A stretch of DNA of 64,000 nucleotides from an uncultured Gammaproteobacteria bacterium (GTDB lineage: Bacteria > Patescibacteriota > Microgenomatia > Levybacterales > UBA12049): contig CAYPAU010000001.1 of assembly GCA_964408825.1 (NCBI GenBank), forward strand, positions 76,789 through 140,788. The letters run 5' to 3'. The notes under the pieces are model-generated. The model saw nothing but the letters and a program-made list of their open reading frames with translations. It had not been told where the DNA came from and searched no databases. A program made the position numbers and the translations under genes. Shown here one piece after another: positions 47,500 to 58,055 of this stretch (position 1 is its first letter; the number at the start of each line of letters is the position of its first letter).

Positions 47500-48129
47500 T
47501 TATCGGAAGGAAACTTTTTCTCCTGTTTTTAGAGATTTAAATTCAATTTCTCTGTCAGAAAAGTATTTTACAAGTCTTTGATAAAAAGCTTCTCTTGCTT
47601 TTTCATTCCAATGCCAGTCATGAATTGGAATTATGTATCTTGGTTTTAACAAAAGCGCATAAGCAACAGATTGAGTTAAACTACACCATGGGGCTTGTAC
47701 CGGAAGAGCCAAAACCTCGACAGTCTTTTTGAATTGTAAAGAATCTCCAGGATGAACGATCTTGTTAAATAATGTAAATACGATATTTTTTGGAGGGATA
47801 ATACCAAAAACTTCTTCGTGCGGACTTTCTTTAAAAGATATGCCCACATCTGCGTCTGATGATGCATCGATACTTTCCTTTTTTAATATAGACACTACAG
47901 AATCGCTTGAAATAATCTTTACATTAGGAAACTTGTTTATTATATCTTTAATGAATGGGAGATACATATGATCAGGATGTTCATGAGTAATTAAAATGTA
48001 ATCAAGCTTTGTAAGCTTGTCTAGATTAAGCCCGCCCTCTTCGTAGGTGTAATTGCCTGGATCAATAAGGAAAACCTTATTATTTTCTTCAATGAGTAAG
48101 CATGAATGAATATGTTTTGAAATAATCAT
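47500..48129 (-). CDS. MBL-fold metallo-hydrolase (UlaG-like)
   Basis: HSC, IDPG, THEHPDH, HPGDS, IPIHD motifs. Confidence 0.9.
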   Translation of the reverse strand: MIISKHIHSCLLIEENNKVFLIDPGNYTYEEGGLNLDKLTKLDYILITHEHPDHMYLPFIKDIINKFPNVKIISSDSVVSILKKESIDASSDADVGISFKESPHEEVFGIIPPKNIVFTLFNKIVHPGDSLQFKKTVEVLALPVQAPWCSLTQSVAYALLLKPRYIIPIHDWHWNEKAREAFYQRLVKYFSDREIEFKSLKTGEKVSFR

Positions 48130-48278
48130 AGCTCAATTATATCACTGGGCATTGGCAAAATTGTAAGGAAGGCCTAAGATCCCTAGGTGTCAATATGATT
48201 CCACCTCCCAGGTGTACCTTGAAACGGGGAAAGGATTTTAAATTGTAAGTAGCCTTGCATTCTTGATATAATCTTTTT

Positions 48279-49034
48279 GTGAACAACCCTTTTCTTTCTG
48301 TCGTCGTCCCCTCATATAATGAGCTTGGTAATCTTCATAAGGGAGTTCTGGATAAAGTTGATCATTATCTTTCTAGGCAAAAATACACATGGGAAGTAAT
48401 AGTGGTTGATGACGGCTCAACAGATGGAAGTGTAGAGTTTGTAGAAAATTTTGTTAAAGAAAATGAGGGATTTAGGGTGGTGAAAAACGGCCATACCGGA
48501 AAAGCAGGTGCCGTAACGCGCGGTGTTTTAGATGCAAAAGGAGAGATCATACTTTTTACAGACATGGATCAGGCAACTCCCATAGAAGAAATAGAAAAAT
48601 TTTTTCCTTCTTTCGAAAGAAACTTCGATATAGTTATTGGTTCGCGAAATTCCGAAAGAAAAGGAGCCCCATGGACAAGACTTGTTATGGCAAGGAGCAT
48701 GATGATACTCCGCACGCTAATAGTAGGAGTTTACGGAATTTCAGACACGCAGTGCGGGTTTAAAGCTTTTAGGAATGATGTCGCAAAGAAATTATTTAAA
48801 AAAATAAACGATATAAATAAAGGATTCAAACAAGTTACCGGATCACATGTGACTGCCGGATTTGATGTAGAACTTCTGTATCTTGCCCAGAAGTTGGGTT
48901 ACAGGATAAAAGAGGTACCTGTTAACTGGCTTTATGTAGAAACAAGAAGAGTAAGCCCTCTAAAAGATTCCATAGATGGCTTTTTCGATCTTTTCAAAAT
49001 AAAATTTAATTCTTTAAAAGGGACTTACGACTAA
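48279..49034 (+). CDS. GT2 polyprenol-phosphate glucosyl/mannosyltransferase
   Basis: PSYNE, DDGSTD, GKAGAV, FTDMD, DTQCGFK, FDVELL motifs. Confidence 0.9.
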   Translation: MNNPFLSVVVPSYNELGNLHKGVLDKVDHYLSRQKYTWEVIVVDDGSTDGSVEFVENFVKENEGFRVVKNGHTGKAGAVTRGVLDAKGEIILFTDMDQATPIEEIEKFFPSFERNFDIVIGSRNSERKGAPWTRLVMARSMMILRTLIVGVYGISDTQCGFKAFRNDVAKKLFKKINDINKGFKQVTGSHVTAGFDVELLYLAQKLGYRIKEVPVNWLYVETRRVSPLKDSIDGFFDLFKIKFNSLKGTYD

Positions 49035-50225
49035 ATGTCGAAATTTAAATTTACCATTTTTCATTTACCATTTATCATTTTTTGTTATCTAATAGTTATC
49101 ATTGCTCTTTTTCTTTATTCTTTTACACAGATTGATTTAAGTTTGACTTTGACAGAGATTTCATGGTGGCAGGGGATTCAAAAATTTTTTCAGAACATCG
49201 GTTACTTTAACAGACCTCTTTCTGCGTTTTTTTATTTGACAATAACCACATTTCTGTTTGTTTTATATATTTTATTTTTGATACTTGCCAAAAGAAATAA
49301 ACTTTCATACAAAGCAGTATGGGGATTAGTTATTTTTACATCAGTGCTTCTTACCTTTTCCTATAATGCCTTTTCTTACGACCTTTTTAATTATATGTTT
49401 GATGCAAGAATCATAACCAATTATCAGCAGAACCCTTATCTTCATAAAGCCCTGGACTATCCGGGTGATCCCATGCTTTCTTTCATGCACTGGACACACA
49501 GGACTTATCCCTATGGTCCTTCATGGCTTATTCTTACGGTACCGCTTTCATTTATCGGAGGAAATTTTTTCCTTTTTACTTTTTTCATGTTCAAAGCCAT
49601 ATCCTCTTTAAGCTATTTGGGAACCGCATATTTTATTTCAAAAATATTAAAAAAAGTTAATACCGAGAATGCACTGCTTGGTCTTGTATTTTTTGCATTC
49701 AACCCCTTGGTTATAATTGAGGGCTTAGTTAGTGCTCACAATGACATGGCCATGATTTTTTTCGCGGTTTTTTCGTTGTATCTACTTTTAAATAGCCAAA
49801 AAATATTTTCGTTCTTGGGATTCCTATTTTCAATAGGAATAAAATTTGCAACCGTTTTTATGATACCGGCGTATATCTATTTTTTTATAAAGAAGAAAAT
49901 AGATAAGAGATTTTTTAAAATTTTATTTTTCTCGATGTTTATTCCTCTCATTTTTGTAACAATAAGAACAAATTATCAACCATGGTATCTTCTTTATATT
50001 CTTCCTTTTGCAAGTTTGGCCCCTCAAAAAAAATACACAATGGGAGCAGGAATTATTTTAGCTTTTTTCTCACTTATTCAATACATTCCCTTTCTTTATA
50101 CAGGGAATTGGGATAAGCCAATCCCACAGATTCTGTTTTATATCACAGTATCAGGCTTCGTAGTTTATCTTTTGTATTCTATGTTCGGAAGTCTAAATAT
50201 TTTAGGCAGGAAAATGCTAAAATAA
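49035..50225 (+). CDS. GT-C membrane glycosyltransferase (MptA/B-like)
   Basis: FSYDLFNY..DA, NPY, YPYGP, NPL, HND, QPWY motifs. Confidence 0.75.
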   Translation: MSKFKFTIFHLPFIIFCYLIVIIALFLYSFTQIDLSLTLTEISWWQGIQKFFQNIGYFNRPLSAFFYLTITTFLFVLYILFLILAKRNKLSYKAVWGLVIFTSVLLTFSYNAFSYDLFNYMFDARIITNYQQNPYLHKALDYPGDPMLSFMHWTHRTYPYGPSWLILTVPLSFIGGNFFLFTFFMFKAISSLSYLGTAYFISKILKKVNTENALLGLVFFAFNPLVIIEGLVSAHNDMAMIFFAVFSLYLLLNSQKIFSFLGFLFSIGIKFATVFMIPAYIYFFIKKKIDKRFFKILFFSMFIPLIFVTIRTNYQPWYLLYILPFASLAPQKKYTMGAGIILAFFSLIQYIPFLYTGNWDKPIPQILFYITVSGFVVYLLYSMFGSLNILGRKMLK

Positions 50226-50229
50226 TCTT

Positions 50230-51744
50230 ATGTTTGCTTTGCAAAAACTCTTTGTAAAATATAGATTTGAAATCCTTGCCTTTGCAGCACTTACAGCTTT
50301 GTATTTTTACCTTCGTTTATACAACGTAATGTCCCTTCCCATATTTACGGATGAGGCAATTTATGTAAGATGGTCACAAATTGCAAGATATGATCCTTCA
50401 TGGAGATTCATATCTTTAACGGATGGGAAACAACCTCTTTTCGTTTGGCTTGCCTTAAACGTTATGAGACTAGTTGAAGACCCTCTTTTTGCTTCAAGGC
50501 TTGTCTCAGTCGCAGCAGGATTTTTTACAATGGTAGGCTTGTTTTTCTTAGGGAGGGAAATCTTCAAAAACCGATTCGTAGGTTTAATTTCCTCCTTTCT
50601 GTATATACTGTATCCCTTTGCCTTAGTTTATGACCGCATGGCACTTTACGAGAGCTTGGTGGGTGTTTTTACTGTCTGGGCTCTTTATCTTGAAGTGCTT
50701 TTAATAAGAAGAATCCGCCTTGATGTCGCTTTGATATTAAGTATGGTTCTTGGCGCCGGAGTACTTACTAAGTCCTCCGCCTTTTTTAATATTTATCTTA
50801 TTCCCACCACGCTTCTTTTGTTCGATTTCAAAAATAAGAAATCAATGCTTTTTAGATGGGCTTTGTTAGTTATTGTTTCTACAGTTCTTGCCTATGGATA
50901 TTATTCGGTCTTAAGACTTTCCCCCTTTTTTCACATAGTTAATGAAAAAAACTCCATATTTGTATATCCTTTCAAGGAGTGGATTACTCATCCTTTCACG
51001 TATTTGAGAAGTAATTCAATGGGCCTTTTAGATTGGTTTTATAGCTATATGGGTTTGCCGGCAATTCTTTTAATAATCCTATCGTTTTTCATAAATACTA
51101 AATATTTGAAAGAAAAAATTCTTTTTTCCAGTTGGTTTGTGATTCCCTTTGTAGCTCTTATTTTTTTTGGTAAAACCCTTTACCCAAGATTTATCTTTTT
51201 TATGACGCTTTCGCTTTTGCCTCTGGTAGCTTTTTCGCTCTTTGAAATTTTTAATAAAATTAAAAAGAGATACTTAGCAATCCTTATCCTTGTAGTTTTC
51301 CTAATTCCTTTTTTAAGAACAGACTTTTATATTATTTCAGACTTTGCAAAAGCTCCTATAGCAAAGCCAGATATTCACCAGTACATCAATGACTGGCCGG
51401 CAGGAGGAGGCATTAAAGAAGCGGTTGATTATTTAGGGGAGCAAGCTAAGGAAAGAAAAATCCATGCGGCTTCCCTTGGCACTTTTGGTTCTCTTCCTAC
51501 TTATTCAATAGAGATTTATTTAGGAGACAATAATAATGTAGATAGAGGAGGTATTTTCCCCGTGCCCTCAGAAATACCAAAAGAACTATTGGAAAAGGCA
51601 AAGAAGATACCAGTTTTTCTTCTTGTTTCAAATCAGAAGGAATTTGAGAATAATATAAAAACCTGGCCTCTTAAGCTTATTTTTGAAATAAAAAAGGGCG
51701 AGGGAGATTCATTCACACGGCTTTATAGAGTAAAAGCTTCTTAA
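50230..51744 (+). CDS. GT-C membrane glycosyltransferase (PMT_2-like)
   Basis: LRLY..PIFTDEAIY, GKQPL, R.ALYESL, PRF; multiple TM segments. Confidence 0.8.
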   Translation: MFALQKLFVKYRFEILAFAALTALYFYLRLYNVMSLPIFTDEAIYVRWSQIARYDPSWRFISLTDGKQPLFVWLALNVMRLVEDPLFASRLVSVAAGFFTMVGLFFLGREIFKNRFVGLISSFLYILYPFALVYDRMALYESLVGVFTVWALYLEVLLIRRIRLDVALILSMVLGAGVLTKSSAFFNIYLIPTTLLLFDFKNKKSMLFRWALLVIVSTVLAYGYYSVLRLSPFFHIVNEKNSIFVYPFKEWITHPFTYLRSNSMGLLDWFYSYMGLPAILLIILSFFINTKYLKEKILFSSWFVIPFVALIFFGKTLYPRFIFFMTLSLLPLVAFSLFEIFNKIKKRYLAILILVVFLIPFLRTDFYIISDFAKAPIAKPDIHQYINDWPAGGGIKEAVDYLGEQAKERKIHAASLGTFGSLPTYSIEIYLGDNNNVDRGGIFPVPSEIPKELLEKAKKIPVFLLVSNQKEFENNIKTWPLKLIFEIKKGEGDSFTRLYRVKAS

Positions 51745-51745
51745 T

Positions 51746-54136
51746 ATGTACGAGAAAATCCGCTTGTTTTCCTTTCGGAACAAGATTTTTTTATTTATAG
51801 TTCTAATTGTTTTATTTTTCTTCTGGCCCGTTTTTAAAGGCGATATTCCTTTTCCTGGAGATACGCTTGTAGGATTTTATGAACCTTATAAAGCTTATCC
51901 AATACTGGGTTTTTCTCCCGGGAGTGTACCTAATAAAGCACAGGGACCGGATGTTATAAAAGAACTGTTCCCATGGAAAAATTTTGTCATAGAGTCTTTA
52001 AGGCAAGGACAGGTTCCTTTTTGGAATCCTTACAATTTTTCAGGAAATCCTCTTATGGCAAATTTTCAATCGGGGACATTTTACCCTCCTAATGTTATTT
52101 TTCTCATTTTTCCTTTCACGATTTCCTGGACAATCTTTATTCTTCTTATTCCAATTTTGGCTTCTTCTTTCACCTACCTTTTCCTGCGAGAGCTAAATTT
52201 AAGTAAAACCTCAAGTTTTTTCGGAGGCATTGTTTTTGCATTTTCTTCCTATATGGTTGTTTGGCTTCAATATGGAAATATAGGTCATACCTTGTTATGG
52301 ATTCCGCTGGGACTTTTAATAACTGAAAAATTAATAAAGAAATTTGAATGGAAATTTTTATTTTTTCTAACTCTTATTTTATGGTTTTCTATCCTCGCAG
52401 GGTATATTCAAGGCTATTTCTATTCAGCGAGTCTAATATTTGCATATTTTCTTTTTAAAGGTTTTACGGAAGGAAAGATTAATCTCAGAAGATTCTTGTA
52501 TTTTATAACTGCATTAATTTCTCCAGTTGCTCTTTCTCTTTTCCAGATCTTGCCCACGATTGAATTATTTAATGCATCTTCAAGATCGGACTATACTCTC
52601 TCCCAAATCCAAAATTTACTTAATCCCTGGTGGTACGCAATAACTGCTATAGCACCTAATTTTTTCGGAAATCCGGCAACATTTAATCATTGGTTCTGGG
52701 GAACTTATATTGAAAGAGTTTCATACATTGGTCTTGTTCCTTTTATTCTTTTTTTGTCCGCTGTTTTATCCTTCAAAAGAAGAAAAGAAAAATTATTCTT
52801 CGGGGTAGTTGCAATACTTAGCTTCATTATATCACTTGATCTTTTTATAACAAAATATTTTTTTAAAATACCAGTTCCTATTATATCAACAGCCGTACCG
52901 ACCAGAATTCTGAGTCTATTCCAATTCTCCGCGGCGATTCTTTCAGCTTTTGGGCTTGAATATTTTTTGAAAAATCAAGGAAAGAGAAAATTTTACATTG
53001 CTACATTTATCACCCTTTTTCTTATTGGTCTATCATGGATGCTCGCATTTTTCGGAGGAGAAATCTTTCAGATCGACCCAGTAAATCTATCAATATCTAA
53101 AAAAAATTTAATTATTCCCACTTTTCTAGCAATTGCTTTTCTCTTAGTGATTTATATCTGGTTTAAAACTAAATCAAAATTAACTATTTTTGCAATTTTA
53201 TTACTTACTATTTTTGATCTATTTTATTTTTTCCAAAGAATTACCCCATTTTCACCTCCTGAGTTTACTTATCCTGAGACACCAGTTGTTAGGTATCTTA
53301 AGGAAAATGGTTCAATAAACAGATTTTGGGGATATGGTTCAGGATATATCGAAAGCAATTTCCAACTAATGGATAAGACTTTTTCACCGGAAGGGAATGA
53401 CCCTTTGCATATTAGGACATACACAGAGCTTCTTTCCTCATCTAAAAATGGAAAGCTTTCAGAGAATCTTCCTCGTCCGGATGCCAATATTGAAAGAGGT
53501 TTTGGAGAGAAAAATCTGCGCGAAAATAAATATCGTCAGAGATTGCTTAATCTTTTGGGAGCAAAATATGTTCTCCATAAGACAGGCTCAGATTCTCCTG
53601 ATTACACTACTTTTCCCGATAGAATTTATCGGTTGGTACAAAGTGACGGATATTATCAAATTTATGAGAATAAAGAAGTTTTGCCAAGATTTTTCCTAAC
53701 GGGAGATTATACAGTTGAGGATGATGAGGGAAAAATTATATCCCTTATTTATGATGAAGACATAGATCTTAAAAAAACCTTAATTCTTAAGGAAGACCCC
53801 AAAATCAATATTGATAAAAATTCAAAAGGGGTAGCACAGCTTATAAATTACTTACCAAATAAGGTTTCTGTTAAGACAAAAAGTAATGGAAATAGTTTAC
53901 TATTTATATCGGATACCTATTATCCCGGGTGGGAAGTAAAAATCGATAATACGCCCTCACAGATTATACTTTCTGATTATGCATTCAGAGCCGTACCAGT
54001 TGAGGAAGGCGAACATATTGTAGAATTTTTATATAGACCAAAGAGCTTTTACAAGGGTTTAACTCTCTCCCTTTTTAGTTTAATTATTTTGGCTCTTTTT
54101 TTATCTTATGTCAGGAATCTTGAAAAAAAACTTTAA
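51746..54136 (+). CDS. YfhO-family membrane protein (GT-C)
   Basis: PFWNPY.FSG.PL.ANFQS..FYP, C-terminal SDTYYPGW.V.ID...FRAV.V..G.H.V.F.Y.P. Confidence 0.85.
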   Translation: MYEKIRLFSFRNKIFLFIVLIVLFFFWPVFKGDIPFPGDTLVGFYEPYKAYPILGFSPGSVPNKAQGPDVIKELFPWKNFVIESLRQGQVPFWNPYNFSGNPLMANFQSGTFYPPNVIFLIFPFTISWTIFILLIPILASSFTYLFLRELNLSKTSSFFGGIVFAFSSYMVVWLQYGNIGHTLLWIPLGLLITEKLIKKFEWKFLFFLTLILWFSILAGYIQGYFYSASLIFAYFLFKGFTEGKINLRRFLYFITALISPVALSLFQILPTIELFNASSRSDYTLSQIQNLLNPWWYAITAIAPNFFGNPATFNHWFWGTYIERVSYIGLVPFILFLSAVLSFKRRKEKLFFGVVAILSFIISLDLFITKYFFKIPVPIISTAVPTRILSLFQFSAAILSAFGLEYFLKNQGKRKFYIATFITLFLIGLSWMLAFFGGEIFQIDPVNLSISKKNLIIPTFLAIAFLLVIYIWFKTKSKLTIFAILLLTIFDLFYFFQRITPFSPPEFTYPETPVVRYLKENGSINRFWGYGSGYIESNFQLMDKTFSPEGNDPLHIRTYTELLSSSKNGKLSENLPRPDANIERGFGEKNLRENKYRQRLLNLLGAKYVLHKTGSDSPDYTTFPDRIYRLVQSDGYYQIYENKEVLPRFFLTGDYTVEDDEGKIISLIYDEDIDLKKTLILKEDPKINIDKNSKGVAQLINYLPNKVSVKTKSNGNSLLFISDTYYPGWEVKIDNTPSQIILSDYAFRAVPVEEGEHIVEFLYRPKSFYKGLTLSLFSLIILALFLSYVRNLEKKL

Positions 54137-55643
54137 ATTTATTTTTATATTTCTTTCCGTTTTATTAGTGGTTCCAGGTGTCGTAGGACTTTTACATTCA
54201 GGTTTTCCCTTAACCGATGACGGCAACTGGATGGTTATAAGGTTTTCCGCATTTTATGAGGCTTTTAGGAACGGACAATTTCCCGTAAGATTTCTTCCGC
54301 GTTTAAATAATGGATTCGGTTATCCGGTTTCTAATTTTCTTTATCCTCTTTTTATGTATATAGGCATCCCGATTCATCTTGCGGGCTTTAGCTTCGTAGA
54401 TACCATTAAGGTAATCATGGGGGGCAGTTTAATTTTTTCTTCTTTATTCACATTTTTGTGGCTTAGAAAGATATTTGGATCAATTGCATCTTTGGTCGGA
54501 GCGGTCTCCTACTCATTATTTCCGTATCATTTATATGATTTATATAAAAGAGGATCTGTTGGAGAGCTTCTTGCTCTTTCTATTGTCCCGTTTATTCTTT
54601 GGGGGATAGAAAAGAGAAACTTGGCTATTTCCTCTTTAGGATACGGTCTTCTGATCCTCTCACATAACACTTTGGCAATTTTATTTATTCCTACTATTTT
54701 TATATATCAACTCTTAAGGTATAAATTTTCCCTAAAGTCCTTAATGCCCCTTCTTCTTGGTCTTTCTCTTTCTGCCTTTTTTTCAGTGCCCGCTCTATAC
54801 GACAGGCAATATACAATTTTTAGTCAAGTTAAAATATCAGATTATTCCATGTATTTCGTTAACTTCGACAATTTGAATTTATACGGCTTAATATTCTTTA
54901 CATCGATCGCTGCCTCTTTCTATTTATTAATTAAAAACAAAGGAAAAACTAATATTTATTTTTTGATACTTTCACTGTTAGCCCTATTAATAACAATTCC
55001 TAAAGCTGTTCCAGTCTGGGAATTTACATTTTTGCAAAATTATATTCAGTTCCCATTTAGATTCGTCTCAATTGCTGTTTTATCGTCCTCTTTTCTTCTC
55101 GCGTCATTTTTGGATTTATTTAAGGTAAGAAGATTAATCTTTGCCTTTATAATCTTAATTATAATTTATTTATCCAGCCTAAACTTTATTTATCCTAAAG
55201 TTTTTCAATACCATCCGGATACCTTTTACTCTACCAACCAAGACACAACTACAGTCAAAAACGAATATATGCCAAAATGGGTCAAGAAAATACCAACTAG
55301 AAGATACGAAAGCAAGGTCGAGATTATCAATGGAGAAGGTGAGATTAAAGATTTTAAAGATTCAGGCAATAGGGTTTCATTTATATATGTATCTAAAGAG
55401 CCGTCCTTACTTGCGCTTAATACTATATATTTCCCAGGCTGGAAGCTAAGTATTGATAAAAAAAATTCTCAAATTTTATACAATAATGAAGGAGGTCTTA
55501 TTCAATTTAAGGTAGACCGCGGTAAGCATTTTATTGAAGCAAAATTCGGAGAAACCGGAGTAAGACTTTTAAGCGATCTTGTATCGCTGGGGAGTCTTTT
55601 TGTGCTTTTGTACTTGTCTTTAAAAAGAAAATATTTAATATGA
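54108..55643 (+). CDS. GT-C membrane protein (PTPS-related/YfhO-like)
   Basis: GQFPVR...GFGYP..NF.YP, RG..GE, SHN, QFPFRF, EYMP, YFPGW motifs. Confidence 0.8.
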   Translation: MSGILKKNFKFIFIFLSVLLVVPGVVGLLHSGFPLTDDGNWMVIRFSAFYEAFRNGQFPVRFLPRLNNGFGYPVSNFLYPLFMYIGIPIHLAGFSFVDTIKVIMGGSLIFSSLFTFLWLRKIFGSIASLVGAVSYSLFPYHLYDLYKRGSVGELLALSIVPFILWGIEKRNLAISSLGYGLLILSHNTLAILFIPTIFIYQLLRYKFSLKSLMPLLLGLSLSAFFSVPALYDRQYTIFSQVKISDYSMYFVNFDNLNLYGLIFFTSIAASFYLLIKNKGKTNIYFLILSLLALLITIPKAVPVWEFTFLQNYIQFPFRFVSIAVLSSSFLLASFLDLFKVRRLIFAFIILIIIYLSSLNFIYPKVFQYHPDTFYSTNQDTTTVKNEYMPKWVKKIPTRRYESKVEIINGEGEIKDFKDSGNRVSFIYVSKEPSLLALNTIYFPGWKLSIDKKNSQILYNNEGGLIQFKVDRGKHFIEAKFGETGVRLLSDLVSLGSLFVLLYLSLKRKYLI

Positions 55644-57352
55644 GAATTTTAGAACGGATTTTATTTCCGGTAGTGTTACTGATTCTTTCTTACCCTCTTA
55701 TAAATCATCTTTTTGCACCGGGGTTTTTTCCTATTCACGACAACACTCAAGTTCAAAGAGTATTTGAAATGGCCAAGAGCTTATCTGAGGGGATGTTTCC
55801 CGTAAGATGGGTTTCTGACTTGGGATACGGATATGGATATCCAATTTTCAATTTTTATGCCCCTCTGTCATATTATGTCGGTTCGTTTTTTGTGCTCTCA
55901 GGTTTTGACTCTCTTTTTGCAACAAAGCTTATGATGGCGCTGGGCGTTTTGACTTCTGGTTTTACTATGTATTTACTTTCGAAAACATTATGGGGAAGAG
56001 TTGGAGGCTTAATCTCTGCGCTATTTTATCTATATGCTCCATATCATGCTCTTGATATCTATGTGAGAGGAGACATTTCTGAATTTTGGGCATATGCATT
56101 TATTCCTTTAGTATTCTATTCACTTATAAAAACCCTTAATAACAGAAGGTATATTGTTCTTGGTGCCTTTTCATACTCGTTTGTTATCCTTTCTCACAAT
56201 CTTACGGCATTTATGTTGACTCCTTTCCTGATTTTATTCGCTTTAATTTTTTACCCTTCCTTTAAAGAGAAAATTCTGATACCCTTTTTTCTAATTATTC
56301 TTGCAGGACTAGGCTTATCTTCGTTTTATACTCTTCCTGCAATTTTTGAAGCAAAATATACTAACATAATTTCACAAGTCGGTGGAGGAGCCGATTTTAA
56401 TGATCACTTTGTTTGTCTTTCTCAATTTTGGCAAAGTCCGTGGGGTTTTGGGGGTTCTGCCTCAGGTTGCATAGATGGGATGTCTTTTCAGCTTGGAAAA
56501 CTCCATTTCCTTTCTTTTATAGCGGCTTTTGGTCTTTTTTTAATGTCGGCAGTAAATAAAAGGTTTAAATTAAATGAAATCTTAAGAAAGGATAAAATAA
56601 TATATGGTTTTACACTTTTTTCTCTTGTTGGATTTATTCTCTCGGTTTTCTTAATGATTAATATGTCAAAATTTGTTTGGGAGGCAGTTCCTTTTATGGA
56701 ATTTCTTCAATATCCATGGAGGTTTCTTACCTTTGCCTCATTTTTTATGTCATTAGTTTCGGGAATCCTAGTCTTAAGTATAGATCTGTTTGTTTTCAAA
56801 ACAAAAAAGGGAAAATTAAGTATTATTTTTCCGGTTTTTTTAATAATAATCTTACTTTATATTAATGCCAAATTTTTTATCCCTCAGACTCTTATAGATC
56901 AAACAGGCAAAGATCTGACAAGTAAAAATAATTTAGTATGGAATACTTCGAGAATTTCAGATGAGTATATGCCAAAAAATTTTAACAAGCCAAAATCTTT
57001 GGAAGATGTTCCAAAAGGAAAGATTTCAAAGGAGGAGGGCATTCAGGCGCTCTACGAAGATTCAGGTGTTTCATTCCTTCATGCAACGGTTAAGGCAGAG
57101 AAAGATCAAAAAGCAATAATAAATACAGCATATTTTCCCTCATGGACGGGATTTTTAGATAACAAAAGAGTTGCTCTTAATAAAGAAGATTCGGGAATGT
57201 CGGTCAAGATTCCAAAGGGAGTCCATTCACTAGATCTTTTTTTCGTTGAAACGCCAATCGAAAAGCTTGGAAATTCTATTAGCCTCGCTTTTTTATTTAT
57301 TATCTTTGTTAGTATAATTATTCCTGCAAAGATACCCAAATATGAAAAATAA
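55640..57352 (+). CDS. GT-C membrane protein (PTPS-related/YfhO-like), paralog of the upstream gene
   Basis: FPVRW..DLGYGYGYPIFNFYAPL, RGDISE, SHN, QYPWRF, EYMP, YFPSW motifs. Confidence 0.8.
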   Translation: MRILERILFPVVLLILSYPLINHLFAPGFFPIHDNTQVQRVFEMAKSLSEGMFPVRWVSDLGYGYGYPIFNFYAPLSYYVGSFFVLSGFDSLFATKLMMALGVLTSGFTMYLLSKTLWGRVGGLISALFYLYAPYHALDIYVRGDISEFWAYAFIPLVFYSLIKTLNNRRYIVLGAFSYSFVILSHNLTAFMLTPFLILFALIFYPSFKEKILIPFFLIILAGLGLSSFYTLPAIFEAKYTNIISQVGGGADFNDHFVCLSQFWQSPWGFGGSASGCIDGMSFQLGKLHFLSFIAAFGLFLMSAVNKRFKLNEILRKDKIIYGFTLFSLVGFILSVFLMINMSKFVWEAVPFMEFLQYPWRFLTFASFFMSLVSGILVLSIDLFVFKTKKGKLSIIFPVFLIIILLYINAKFFIPQTLIDQTGKDLTSKNNLVWNTSRISDEYMPKNFNKPKSLEDVPKGKISKEEGIQALYEDSGVSFLHATVKAEKDQKAIINTAYFPSWTGFLDNKRVALNKEDSGMSVKIPKGVHSLDLFFVETPIEKLGNSISLAFLFIIFVSIIIPAKIPKYEK

Positions 57353-58055
57353 AATTCCCGAGCTTTCTGTTTTTTTTCCTTTCTGGAACGAGGAGAAAAA
57401 CATAGAAAATGTTGTTAAAAAAGCAATACCGGTCGTCGAAGAAGTTTCTAAGAAATGGGAAATGATTATAGTCGATGACGGTTCCTCCGATAAAACTTTA
57501 AAAATTGCAAAAGAGTTTGCAAAAGAAAACCCAAATATTCGCATCGTAAGTCACGATCGCAATAGGGGCTATGGGGCATCCTTAAAATCCGGTTTTGAAA
57601 ATGCAAGATATAGCGTAATAGTTTTTACAGACGGTGATGGTCAGTTTGATTTTAAGGAGATTGATGGGTTTTTAGGAAAAATTGATAAAGCTGATATTGT
57701 TATCGGATATAGAAAAAAAAGATATGACAACCCCATTCGTCATGTCCTGATGAACATGCTTAAAATATGGGATTTATTTTTCTTTGGCTTTTGGTTCAGG
57801 GATATTGACTGCGGATTTAAAATGTTTACTAAAAAAGCATTGCTTAAGATCGCTCCACTTAAATCCGAAGGGGCAATGATAACGACTGAAATTTTAGCAA
57901 AGGCAAGAAAGACAAAACTTAAAATTGAACAAGTCGAAGTGACACATTATCCAAGATTCTATGGAGATCAAAGCGGAGGAAATTTAAGAGTAATAGTAAG
58001 AGCTATTAGAGAAAGTTTTGCCCTCTTTAGAGAGCTAAATTATGGAAGACATTGA
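57342..58055 (+). CDS. GT2 glycosyltransferase (DPM1-like)
   Basis: P.WNE, DDGSSD, NRGYG, TDGDGQF, DIDCGFK motifs. Confidence 0.9.
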   Translation: MKNKIPELSVFFPFWNEEKNIENVVKKAIPVVEEVSKKWEMIIVDDGSSDKTLKIAKEFAKENPNIRIVSHDRNRGYGASLKSGFENARYSVIVFTDGDGQFDFKEIDGFLGKIDKADIVIGYRKKRYDNPIRHVLMNMLKIWDLFFFGFWFRDIDCGFKMFTKKALLKIAPLKSEGAMITTEILAKARKTKLKIEQVEVTHYPRFYGDQSGGNLRVIVRAIRESFALFRELNYGRH

